NCBI GenBank assembly: GCA_964016885.1
Contig: OZ024740.1
Coordinates: 100,192,001 to 100,256,000 of the forward strand
Source of the DNA: Eledone cirrhosa
Taxonomy: Eukaryota
Length of the DNA stretch: 64,000 bases
Direction: 5' to 3'
Shown here: piece by piece, positions 38,381-51,690 of the stretch
Position numbering within the stretch: the stretch's first letter is position 1
How the letters are laid out: each line of letters starts with the position of its first letter
Made by a program: the position numbers and the translations under genes
The notes under the pieces: model-generated
The model's input: only the letters and a program-made list of their open reading frames with translations
The model's database searches: none
What the model was told of the DNA's origin: nothing

Positions 38381-38724
38381 TCATCATCATCATCATCATC
38401 ATTTTATGTCCGCTTTTCCCTGCTTGCAAGGATGGAACGGGAACTGATTCTGGCTTGATTTCTACAGCTGGATGCCCTTCCTAACACCAACCTCATTTAC
38501 AGTGAGTGCTGGGTGCTTTTTTTCCATGGCGTCTCCACAACCACTTTACAGTGGAATGATAGGGACCCCACTCCCTATCATCTCATTTCTACAGCTGAGT
38601 AAACTGGAGCAAAGTGAAATAAAGTGTCTTGCTCAAGGAAACAACACATTATCCGGTTTGAGAATTGAACTCACAACCTTTCGATTGCAAGGCCAATGTT
38701 CTAACCACTAAGCCATGTGCCTCC
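38381..38724 (-). mobile_element. SINE family A (full length)
   Basis: Reverse complement of 342-683 with (ATC)n tail. Confidence 0.85.
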
Positions 38725-39299
38725 AAAATGGATAATAAAAATGGATGATGGAAATATGAATTAAAAATGAAATAGAATAATTAAAGGTTAATCAAAGTAC
38801 ACTAAAACACATTGATTTAGAGGCAAAACAGTATGAAGGAAAGCAAAGTGTGAATGTGTAGATAATTAATTGGAAATGATAAGAATTCTTTAGAAAGGAA
38901 TTTTCAAAAGTTATCAAACATGAGTGAAAAATTACAAATATTTTTTCTAACTAACCAAGGCAAAAATGATGTCAAGTGTTAGGGAAGTGTATAGTGTGCC
39001 AAAAGATATTATGGTGCATGTTTGGACGAATATAATAGTGCTGACCTGTGATTCGAGCATGTGGAATTTTGCCAGAAGGAGAGCCAGTTTAGTATAAATG
39101 ACAACAGAGCCTAGATATGAAGCTTCCACGGTGGTATAGCTGCACACTGCCTTTGATGAATCAAGTGAAGATATAGTGGGATATGTCTCTAAGTAGTCAG
39201 ATATATTCTGATAAAATTAAAGCTGTCACTTATCAATTGTTAGTATTAAATAATTTTTTTATTTTATTTTGACAAGATCTCTTATGTACCACAGCTAAT

Positions 39300-39470
39300 G
39301 ATATATTCCTGTGTGTCTGATATATGGGTGCATGCATGTGGATGTTTTTATGTGTATGTGTATCAACAGCATTAGGCAAAATATAAGAGGAGTACTCTAA
39401 TGTGGGTCTTACTTGAGATTTGCAGAGGATCAACATCTGGCTCTCCCAAATAAATTTCATAGTCTGTAGG
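39300..39470 (-). mobile_element. CR1/L2-type LINE RT C-terminal fragment
   Basis: LILCKSQVRPTLEYSS resembles the conserved LYK..VRP.LEY motif. Confidence 0.5.
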
Positions 39471-39814
39471 AGGTAGTTTTGACAATGTAATACGCCTTAA
39501 TCACAAAAAATCATCTTATGTATCTTTGTGTTTCTCTGTCTATGTATCTATCTCTAATACATGCCAACTATATGTGCTCACTCCACTTTCCCTTTACTGC
39601 CCTGTATACACACATACACACCCTTATATTAACATGCTTTTGCTCATAGCTTCATACTTACATGCACACACACTCTTTTACTCACATATACACACACATT
39701 TCTTCTTAGCTTCGTACAGACATATAATAACACACATACACACATGCTTACGCACGTGCACAAGTATAGCTCTTTTTACAAAACATTTTTTTTTCCATTT
39801 TAGGTAGATGCGCT

Positions 39815-40366
39815 CCATCATCCACTTTTCTAAAAAATAAATCATACACAAAACACCAGAGATCTCAACATGAATGGACCTGTTATTTTTATCTAAAGAC
39901 ATTTTTTCCAATTCCATCCTGCCCGTCCCCTCAATCTATCTTATTTCTCATTCTTTCTTCTAATGAAGGACTAGTGTCCGAAACGTTAAGACCCTCTTTC
40001 TGCTATATCAAGTGTTAACCTAATATATCCCTTCCATATACTGTACCGATTGTGTTGTTTTTTCTTTTTACCTTTTACATACATATATATCATCCACTTT
40101 TCTAAAAAACAAATCATACACAAAACGCCAGCACCAACAGTTTTGCAAGAGATGTCAACATGAATGGACCTGTTATTTTTATCTAAAGACATTTTTTCCA
40201 ATTCCATCCCGCCCGTCCCCTCAATCTATTTTATTTCTCATTCTTTCTTCTGATGAAGGACTATAGTCTGACACGTTAAGACCCTCTTCCTGCTATATCA
40301 AGCATTAACCTAATATATACCTTCCATATACTGTACCGATTGTGTTGTTTTTTTCTGTTTACCTTT

Positions 40367-40378
<12 letters not shown>
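39815..40378 (+). repeat. Tandem pair of ~280 bp PLE pLTR-like units, each with a degenerate hammerhead
   Basis: Consensus TCTT CTGATGA AGGAC..GTCC GAAA CG TT AAGA at ~39956 and ~40246; related copy at ~53620. Confidence 0.65.
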
Positions 40379-40465
<87 letters not shown>

Positions 40466-42065
40466 GTATAGTTCCCGATTAAAAAATACAAACACAAAGA
40501 TACATTTGGACAAAGGCTTATTAGAAAAATAAAAAAATGTCTCAACGTAAAGGATGTTAGTCTTTTATCATTAGGAGAAAGAATAGGGTGAATGGTTGAA
40601 GCAAATGGTAAAATGGTGATTATCAGGATAGGTAAGCTGGGTGGGTAAGTAGTCTGGACTTTGGTGTGGTGTGCTGATGTGGTAGCAGAGCATCCTGATA
40701 TAACATTAGTACTGATACATGTATCCAGAGAAAGTCTATTTTGTGAGTGTGAATTTATTTTGTTTGATTGTGTGTGTATTTCATTTGTGAGTGTGTGTGT
40801 GTTCATGTGTATATGTGTGTGAGTGTATTTGCAGCTATGGGTGTTTTGTCGGTGATGTGTATGTGTCTGAGTGTATTATATGAGTGTGTGTGCTTCGATA
40901 TATGGTTGTGTTTTATATGTATTCACAATGGGGATGTGGGCGTACATGTTCATTTGGTGTGTGTGTATGTCTATTTGGTTGCATGTATGTTTGTTTTTGT
41001 GTCTGCTTATTTTAGTCTATATGCTTTTAGTAGAGTATGCTGTTTGTGCGTGATTATATATGAGTGTGTAGGTGTATATATGTGAGTGTTTATGTGTGAG
41101 TGTGTATGTGTATCTGAGTGTATTTGTGGGTGATAACAGCGTGTGTGTACAGTAAGAGAGGTGATATCCAAAGTCATGAGTCAATACAAGTTGAGCTGAT
41201 AGAATTCAAAAGAATTTGAAAGAAATTCAAAGGAGTTGTCTTTGCAGATCAGTGTAAGTTGAGATTTGTCTGTGTGTTTTGTTTTGATTTTTTTGTGTGA
41301 ATGGGTTTCTGTGTGCATATGTGTTTTTGAGTACTATACATTTTGTTAGTAATGATGTTGATGATAATGTGTGTGTGTGGTTATGTCCATGTGTGTGTTG
41401 TGAGGATTGCCGATGTGAATGTATTTGTATGTGTCTGTATATGCATATAATATATGAATTCCTGATAGTAATGTTGCCAGTAGTCTAATACATAAAATTC
41501 ACAGCCATTATAAATCTATAAAATAAGTATAAAACTTAAATATTTTGGGAGTTGTGCTTTTCTGGCAAATGACTTGATTTGAGACTGTATTGAAACTACA
41601 GCAATTACATTGAGGAAGAGTCATTTTAGACATTAAAATACACAGACACGCATATACACACAAACTGTTAAATTCACTTTATATTTAACAGATTTATTGA
41701 ATTATTTTTTTTAAATGACTAAAATACCTCTTCCATAATATAATCGCTAAAATATTTTATTGATTGCTAATCATTTTTAAGCAGACAGATCTATGGCCAT
41801 TGAGGTAAGCAGTTAAATGGTTTAGAACAAAACTCTGATCCAGCATTCTATTCCTAATAGTGATTCAGAGGGATTTCATGTCTACATTAGCTGATTAAAT
41901 GACTAACAGACACTCTCTGTCAGTAGATAAAGCCAATATAAAGGTGTATATTAACCCATACATTCTGTCTTGCTGAGATAGCTGATCATAGCTGAAAATG
42001 GTAATATTTGAGTTCATATACACATCTATTCTAAATCACACTGTTTTAGTGATATTGCTAATTAA

Positions 42066-42448
42066 AACAAATGGCATAGAGGTTAGAGCATTGGCCTTGC
42101 AAACGAAAGGTTGTGAGTTCAGGTGATGTGTTGTTTCCTTGAGCAAGACACTTTATTTCACATTGCTCCAGTTTACTTGGCTGTAGAAATGCAATGATAG
42201 GGACTGAGGTCCCTATCATTCCACTGCAAAGTGGTCGTGGAGGTGCCACGGCAAAAATAGCACCCAGCCCACACTGTTAAGTGGATGTGTAGGTGCCACG
42301 GAAAAAAAGCACCCATCATTCACTGTAAATGAGGTTGGTGTTAGGAAGGGCATCCAGCTATAGAAATGAAGCCAGAATCAGTTCCCGTCCCACCCTTGCA
42401 AGCAGGGAAAAAGCGGACGTAAAATGATGATGATGATGATGATGATGA
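42066..42448 (+). mobile_element. SINE family A with internal duplication
   Basis: Homologous to 342-683; GGTGCCACGG..AAAA..GCACCCA segment duplicated. Confidence 0.8.
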
Positions 42449-44864
42449 TATCCCTAGACATGTAATGCACATGGATGATGGTCACTGGGTGAAGAATACC
42501 AACTAATTCCAGAGGGGCGAGGCCATGGTAGAGGAACACCAATTAAAATTGTATGGAAGTGGTGCGAGATGATCACAGATCACTAAAACTCATGGAGAGG
42601 ATGACAAATGAAAGCAACAAGTGGAAAGATACTGTACCGAGAAGGACCCATCCAACCGCTATGCAAGCATACAACAGTGGATGTAAAAAACAAAATGATG
42701 ATATTGAATGTTTGCATGTGTGAAATTCATAAAAGTTACATTGGAAAATGTAATATACTGAAGAATATGAAAAGAATTGAAAAGTCTTGAAGGAAAGTTT
42801 CATATCTAATACTGCGGCTTTGAAGCTAAATCAAACATATTACGACTATATTTCTAATGAGTAGACTGCCTATGTGCTTCAATTAATTTTCAGATGTTTT
42901 AGTAAAATGATCATAATTTTATATATTGATATATAATATTTGTTATTAACAGTGTGGATTGGCAGTATCAGTAGTGAATTAGACAACAGGCTTTGCAGCA
43001 TATAGTTATGACTCTTTACATTCTGGGTTCAAATGTTGCCAAGGTTAACTTTGCATTTCATCCTTACGGGTTTGATAAAATATAGTACCAGTAATGCACT
43101 GGGTTTGATTTAGTCAACTTTCTCTTCATCCAAAACTGTGGGCCTTGTGCCTAAATCAGAAAAGATTAATAGTGACTGTTTGTTTCAATGTTTTGCTGAA
43201 GTTAGTGGCTTTTCAAAACTGTAAAGGTGAGATGAAACATTCACTATATATAACCTTATCTGAAGAATTTAGTGCAGAAGTATTAAGGAGATGGAGTAGG
43301 TACCAATAAACAAAAGAGGATTAGAGTAGAAGTGTTAAGGTATAAGGTAAAGAAAGTTGCAGCAAAGTTAAATAAGCATACTGGTATATATGTTCTCAGG
43401 GCCAAATTGAGAACTTTAGAGGCCATAAGCACTGAAAATATATGATACACTCATATGCAGAACTGGAAAAAAAAAAAACTTCTTTACCTGAGGCCCTAAA
43501 TATGAGCTTATTTTGCTTAATGTTATGATATTTTGATAAAGTTTAATAAATAAATATTAACACTTTTGTGCAGGCAATTTCAAGCAGTTTGGTATTAAAA
43601 GGATTTACAAACATCAAATATCTAGTCAGTTTTCAAATTATACATAAGCCACTTATTTTTGCACTCTGTAATTTTTCCTTTGTTCAAAATATGAAGCAAA
43701 TGTCCAATGAAGTGAATGAATCACTTCAATTTAATTAACATTTTTTTTAATTTCAAAATTTTCCCTCTTTTTAGTTCAAGAACGTGTCAAAATATTTGTC
43801 GAAATAATTATAATTCAAGTAATTGTGTAACCATCCAAACTGATAAATATTCCTGACATTATTTGCCTTAGAAGTCGTAATGTCAGTTCCTTATTCAGTG
43901 TTAAAATAAACATATTAAAAGACAATTGTAACCCTACATCATTCAATCTAATTGAAATAGAAGCCAAATGTCTCTCAAACCATATATAATTTCAAATAAA
44001 GCAAAGTACACATTTGATAATGAAGCCTTAGGTTCTTTGAAAATAAGATAAGATAGTCATGGTTGGAATACTTTAATCATAAATGTGCTTGATCAGAGCT
44101 GATCAAGAATTTAACAACAGAATATTTATAAACAAGCCAATGCATGTGGATGAACATAATCTCTTGATCAGATCATTATAGCAGCTGAAGTTTGTCATTA
44201 TCATTTTAGAATAGAGATGACACACTTCAATTACTAAATATAAAAGTAATGGACTCCAAAATATACATGAGAATGTAATGGCAGGGATTCTGAATATGCA
44301 TAAAGACATACCCAGAAAACAATACTGTACCTCCTTAAAAATAAACAACACACAACTAGAAACACCAGGATCCCTACACAGGCTAGGCCCCACTATTATC
44401 AAGGATCTTTCATGGTAAATGCACACCCTCAACAAAGTAAATGAGTGATCAATTCAGTCAGAAAATGATGTGGTCCCCTCAATACACTGTAAATTAACCC
44501 TCTGTAGAACTTAGGCAAGGTCCACAATGAAGCATTATTCGTACATCTATAATAATGCTGCTATTCTTACAGACATCTTTCATTGCATAAAAAATAAAAT
44601 AAAAAGAACTAGCAACTGATTGGTATAATGTTGCTTGGCAACGCAATCTAACTGCTACCTCACAGACATGATGGCCCTTCTCCCTACCTTTTCTATTGCA
44701 GTGCCTGCTTCTTAGAGCTGGTTGCTCTTGTGTCACTTCTAGTCAAGCATTCCTGACTCACTTGCTTCTCTTCCTACCATCACACATATAATGTTCACTT
44801 CTCAAGGTTCCACGCTAAACCATTCATCTCAGCCCTTTTTTCAGCTTAAATTTAAATGTTCAAA

Positions 44865-44922
<58 letters not shown>

Positions 44923-45587
44923 GGATGCTTAGTAAAATCGAATCTTTGGCGGTGTAAGCAAATTCGACCTACTATATGAATGAGTTAGCAAAGCACTCGA
45001 CAAGGTAGGTCATACGTTTAAATAGCTTGACAAATTGAACATTGTGGGAGGCAAAATCTAACACACAATACCAAAGTAACGAAAGAACTAACAGGTTGAG
45101 AAAAAATACACCTGGACAAATCAAACGTTATACGTTTAAAGTGTTTCTATGAATCCGAAATCAAATATCAGAATTACGTAACTGGCAAGTTCGTGGTATT
45201 CATGATCGAACAGAGGATTCAATTCATCAACATGTTTTCGTTCTACCAAAGAACGGGGCGAGATGTTAAATGTTGTCGCTAGCAGCAGCGAATCGTATAT
45301 TTAGTTGTCACGTGTTATTTCCAGCAAGGGAAATAACCCTCGGTTTTTGGCGGGTCATTCAAAATGTTAGACAAAGGAAATATAATTTCCGCTAACTTTC
45401 AGAATAAGCTCTAGACCAGATGTTATTAAACAAACACAAATATTAACCAATCAACAGAATTGTCTAATTAAATTAATTAGTTAATTATTAAATCTAGGAA
45501 ATTTATATATATATGTGTGTGTGTGTGCGTATGTATGTGCGTGCATGTGCGTGGATCACAGGTTCAATCGCGCGTATAAATATTTAA

Positions 45588-45701
45588 TATAGAAATGGCT
45601 TTTACAGGACTAGAACTGTTTCATTCGAAGGAAATTATTAGGAAAGCCCATGATTTCCTTCGAATGAAACAGTTCTAGTCCTGTAGAAGCCATTTCTATA
45701 T
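45588..45701. repeat. Near-perfect ~110 bp palindrome; related copy at 8583-8668
   Basis: ATAGAAATGGCTTTTACAGGACTAGAACTGTTTCATTCGAAGGAAAT / ATTTCCTTCGAATGAAACAGTTCTAGTCCTGTAGAAGCCATTTCTAT. Confidence 0.8.
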
Positions 45702-45811
45702 GAAATATAAATACATATATATATATAGTGGAAGAACGTACGTTAAAACTATCCACGACACAGAGTACTCGCAACCTCTAACTGGATTACCTATAACGAT
45801 AACTTGTTATC

Positions 45812-45899
<88 letters not shown>

Positions 45900-45901
<2 letters not shown>

Positions 45902-46115
45902 CAGAATATTAATAAATGAAAACATTGACATAATCAAAATATATGTTTTATTATATATATTTCGAAGGTACTGTGGTGTTTTTTCAGTACGTCTTCGTCA
46001 GATAAAATACATGTATTGATGTATGACATACCTCAACGGTCTTGATGGTTCAATTCCAGTATTGGCAGTTTTAATCTATTGTAAAACTATATTCATTGAA
46101 CCATATTAATCTTTG

Positions 46116-46198
<83 letters not shown>

Positions 46199-48140
46199 AT
46201 ATTAAATAAATGGAAACTATATGTATAAAACCATATTTATTCTATTATAATCAAGGGTATCAAACTTTTGGTACGCTTTCATCAGATAAAATACAAAGTT
46301 TGTTTTATAAATGTTGACATAACCAAGAAAAGATACCTTAACGGTTCAAGGTTTTCTTGGATAGTGAAGGGAATAGAGAAGAAAAGTAAGATATTTCAAA
46401 TTATTAAGATGAGTATGCAAATGAGGTTGAGGTATAGGGCTGAAAAAACGTTACTTTAGAAGCTATGCAGAATTTAAATAATTAGGATATATGTATGTAT
46501 GAGTAGGAAGAAGAAAAAAAAAGAAAGAAGACTTGTATTTACGTTAATTTAAAAGGAGTTAACAATTTGTAGGAATGGTGGAATATGATTCCAGAATTTA
46601 AATTTATTTAGCTATATTATGAGTTATGATATTGTATATATAATCAATTAGATTATATGAAGAAATATAGTTGTAAGTAGATTTTATCTTATTACATTAC
46701 AATAGGTTGTAAGTATATACATATCTATATAGATTAATAATAGTGCATGTATAAGTATTATAGAAATAGAAATAATTTACAATTATTAGTTGTTTACATT
46801 TCTAATATGAGTTACGAAGGGTGTTCATTTTGCATTTTACATAAAAAAACAGGTAGTTCAAGTTATAAGAGGAGAAAAATTTGTAGATTCGAATATTTTG
46901 TTCCAACATTGAAAATGTTTTCAGAATATTGTTAACTTAACGAAGTTATATAGTTTATCATACATATTATATTATAATATAATATTTATGTTTGCACGAT
47001 TGAAAAGGGAAAGCTAACTCCAATCTTGTTTGTTAACCGTTAAATTTGATGAATGATTTACTCAGAAAATATATATAGAAAATTATATATTATTTTGTGT
47101 GAGATTAATTTCAATTATATATTATTTTAGTCGAAAGATATGTGAAAGTTTGAAGATCAAAAGGAGTAGAAAAAAGTAATGTGCATTGCGAAGAACTATC
47201 GTAAAGAGGATACATTTTCAGAATGTCAATTAAAGATTATCAATCTACATCTAAAAAAATATATATTTAGAAGGGTATCATTAGGAAAATAATGTCAAAA
47301 GGTAAAAATAGTTAAAAAATATCTTAAAAAATTAAAAAAATTAATGTCAAATGGTAAAAATAGTAGAAATATTTTTAAAAAATTAAGAAGGAAGATCATT
47401 TAAAAAAATTAAATTTAAATTTTTAAAGAAAATAGGATAATTTTGAAGGTGTATAAGATATAGTCAAGTGTAATGAATATCATAAATTAAAAATACTTCT
47501 GAAAGTGGAATTTTGGCGATATCTGCAAGTAGAAAATATTTCTGTTTTAAGATTAATAGAGTTTTGACAGTTAATTATATAAAAAAAATCCTAGATACAC
47601 AAGTTACAGAATTTTGAGAAAGCCATATTTCGGTATGCAGGTGCTTTCGAAATCGTTCTCCAAGATATTGAATAGTCTATATTGTTTTCTTTTAAGTTCC
47701 AAATTAAATGTGAAAGTGAAGTGGAAGATTTTTATCGCATCTAGTAAATGTGTGTTTATGTTTATAGCAGCGTTCTTTGAATTTTGTAGAAGTGGCACCA
47801 ATATAGTTAAATATTTTGTCTCTAGTTTTAACTGTGCATTTATAAATTACGCTTTTGTCTAAGCAATAATTTTGTAAAGGGCAGTTTTATTTAATTCTAC
47901 AGTTACATTTTCTGGAGTTGTTGTTCGGAACGGTACTATTATTCCGAATATTGTTGTTAGAAATATTATTATTGCTATCTTGGTTAGTTTGGTTAGGGTT
48001 TAAATTTGAGTTTCTATTATTAATTATATTTATATTTTGTGCTATGTTCATAGTAGTGGAGTAGGATAGTTTTATAGTGTGTCTGTTAAAAATAGAGTGG
48101 TATCTGCAGGTTTTAGAAAAACATTTAATTAGTGCTTTAA
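45900..48140 (-). mobile_element. 5'-truncated Penelope-like element (GIY-YIG end + long 3' UTR)
   Basis: Minus strand RYHSIFNRHTIKLSYST, Asn-rich linker, CNC, CPLQNYCLDKSVIYKC...NYIGATSTKFKER; duplicated terminal block with CTGA(C/T)GA at ~45995 and ~46280. Confidence 0.7.
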
Positions 48141-48161
48141 AAAATGCATGTATATATGTGA

Positions 48162-48251
<90 letters not shown>

Positions 48252-50837
48252 TATTTTGTTGGCAAGCAGTGTTAGGTACAAAATAAAAAAATACTCTATT
48301 CATTACATATAATAGAGTAACTATATATATATAATTTTCTTTTATGTTATTGAAGTTGACTAAATTTCTATAAACATATTTATGGTTATACCATCTACAG
48401 TATTACTTTCTTTGTTTTATAGCATCTCATGAATACCTCTTTGGTGCTGCAAACTTAAAATAATGGAAAAGCAGACAACTTTATGAATAAAAAATAGATA
48501 TATGTGTCACTAAGATCTTTACATTGTAGTGCTTCCATGATCTTCTAATTTCAATATAAATTTGCTCCAGCTCAAATAATACATTTATAAAATAAGAAAA
48601 ATAATATAATAAATAAATAAAGACTTCAACTTCGTTAAATGATTTCCTCTGTGTTGTATATATTATAATCATTGCACATGTGGAAATAAGAGATAATTAC
48701 AGTTATAATAAATGTTCAGTCAGATAGTACTAAATTAGGTTTAAGGCAGTGAATTGGCAGGGTGATTAAAATATGGAACAAAATGCTGTGTTACTTTGAG
48801 TCTGGCTCTCTGCTGTGAGTTCAAATCATGCTAAGGGCAACTTTGCCTTTTTTTTCTTTTTTTAGGTCAATTAAATAAAGTACCTGTTCAAGACAGTGGG
48901 TTGGCATAATTGTTATAGTGCTGAATAGGATTTCTTGTGGTATCTATCCCAACTCTATGTATTCTGAATTCAAATCTCACCTCATGTCACTGGAAAAATG
49001 GTATGAATGAGGAACCTGTTATTAAAACATTCAAAAGACTGCTCATGACACATAACCTCACGTGAGGTTAGCTAAACTTAGTACACATATGAGCTGTAAT
49101 AACAAACAAGCAAATACCGGAGCTTGATCAGCCACCTTCTCTTTGCACTGATCTCCGTCAAGGCCTCAGGCATTCTCCGATTTCGTAGTGCTGAGCTCTT
49201 CTGCAAAATCAGAACGTCAGCATCCCTTCTGAGGAAGGAGCCTGCAAGGTGGGATCACTTTTGCTACTCATTGTCTGCGGAAATGCCTTTACCGTTTTGT
49301 CCGCAGGACACAACCAAAACACTGCTCTGCCCTAAACCCCTAAGCACAGAGCTCATCACCCTCTCTCCTTCTCCCTTCCTTTCGCCTCTGGGCCAAGTGT
49401 ACTTTCTCTTTCCCTCCCATTTATGGCATTTATAGTCCTTTCCCAAACAATACATTTTGTTGAGTAATAACAAGTTCTATGTTATTGCTTATGTTTTTGT
49501 ATTAACAAACATTTTTAACTGATTCCCATATTAGATAATAAGGACCTTGGTTCCTTGCACATAGAAAGATGGATGGTCATGACTGGATTGCTTTTTGTCA
49601 TAGTTCTGCTCAATTATCACTGACCCAGGGCTAAATAACAACAGCAACAATAACTACAATCTCCACCAAAATTGTCTATTATTGTGCCATTAATAGATAT
49701 TAATACTATTATTAAGAGGCAAGTAGATAGCAGGGGATTGTGCTTCTAAATTTGTATGTTTTTGCACACATCAATCTTTGAACAATTTTTTTCTTAAATT
49801 AAAGAAACGAGTATCCATACATCTATATGCTCTCTTTGTATACACATTTCGTTAATCTTATAATATAAGCACCTGCAATAAAATCAGTAAATTCTATGTT
49901 ACACGTGTCAGTATTCCTATTTTTTCCCTTCCTTTCGATATTTGTTGGCTATAAATTTTCCATGTTGTGTTATGGTTTTTTTAAAGTTCTTGTATTTTTC
50001 GCACATGGTTCTAGTGTTAACAAAGACATTTATATGATAGGGAGAATCCATAAATAAAATATATTTTGGAAGGGTTCGTTGGTTCTTGCCTAGCATATTC
50101 TTCTTCATTTTCTAGCTATATTTACTATTGTTTCGTCGACGGTGTTTGATCTATTTCACATCTTGCGGGAGCTTCGTTGTAAACATCCATGATGTTGTTC
50201 AGCCTAATTATTGTTTGGTGACGGTAGCGAAAGATGCTGTGTGGTGGACCAAGCTGAAAGTGCTGAAGACTGAATCTTTTCTCTTCAGCCAATCCCTCAT
50301 CAACTTTTTCAATGTTGAAAGAATGGCCCACGTGAAAGGGCTTACTCTGACAATGCGTCTATAAGCTTGTTTCCCGGGTGCTCTCCAAGTGTCGGGTCAT
50401 TCAGGATTTGTGGGGTATCTGACTCGCCACTGGCTGGTAATCCCTACTGGGAAATTTATATTGCATTTTTATTGTTAATTGTTTTTGTCATCTTCGTTTT
50501 TTACTCGATTTTATTGTAAACCCCCACTGTCCCTATCCTTTGTACTGTCTCCTATATGTAGGCACTTGTGGCCTATAATATTGAAATCATCATTATTATT
50601 AGAATTATCTTTATTTTCATTTTTTTAATTTTATTCCAAGAACATATCAAATGAAGTGAAATACCAAATGGAACTTGTTCCTGTGTGACCTTTATGCATT
50701 AAGTTTATACGTTCAATCCTGTTTTTCTTAGACAATCATCCCTCACATTTAGTGGCATGAGTACCAGTAATACACTGGGCCTTCATATGATCCCCCCACC
50801 AATTGTTGGGCTTCTACCAAAGTTAGAAATTATTGAG

Positions 50838-51030
50838 ATTGTTGTTTAACCACCAACTCACTCCATATTAAGTAGATTATGATCAAAGATGTTCTAACCA
50901 TGACCATCCCATATTATTTTCAGACATGTCTTATATCATGCTCCATCATACAATGTGTCTTTCCTATCGTTTAAGAGATCATTGTATGATTTGAAGGACA
51001 TTTACCAATTATTTCTAATGGGCAATCGAC
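50838..51030 (+). repeat. Old dispersed repeat family (TGTTGTTTAAC...TATGATCAAAG...CCATGACCATCC)
   Basis: Diverged copies at ~33620-33790(+), 43940-44120(-), 49530-49640(-), 52440-52600(-), 52665-52850(+). Confidence 0.55.
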
Positions 51031-51495
51031 CACAGTTGTAAGGTCACAATGTTGATTCCCAGACAGGGCCATGCATTATGTCCTTGACTAGGACACTTTA
51101 TTTCATACAGTAAGGAAAAAATGAGTTGTCTTGACTGATGCCAAGCTGTGTCAGCCATTACCTTTCCTTTGGACAATCATGCCCAGGTATTTTTTGGAAG
51201 ACCAGCAGTCACCAGTGCTGCCAATGTTGTGAAAGTGAGAGGCAAAAGCTGATATAATTTGGCACTAGTACCATTAGTCATGAGTGTAACAGGCATGGCC
51301 CACCATATACTGACATTTTCTTTACCAAAGACACTCTTTAACAAAATGAAGTTTCTCACAGATTGCAGGCCTTTGGATTGTCTGTCTACTCAAGAAGCAT
51401 TTATCACCTTTGTGAACTGCTAGGTGTCTGTTGACCACAAGCTGGGAACTACTGTCACGGAGTATACTTTCTGGTTATTATTATTTTTAATACCA

Positions 51496-51690
51496 GGTCG
51501 GTGGATTGGCAGTATCGGTAGAGGGTCGGACACCATGCTTTGCAGCAAAGAGTTACGGCCCTTTGTGGTCTGAGTTCAAATGCCGCCGAGGTTATCCTTG
51601 CCTTTCATCCTTACAGGGTCGATAAAATACAGTACCAGTAATACATTGGGGTAATTGCTGGCCTTGTGCCAAAAGTAGAAACAATTATTA
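51496..51690 (+). mobile_element. SINE family B
   Basis: Homologous to 1292-1485; further copies at 20950-21070, 25222-25550, 36700-36895, 42953-43170, 48742-48900. Confidence 0.8.
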
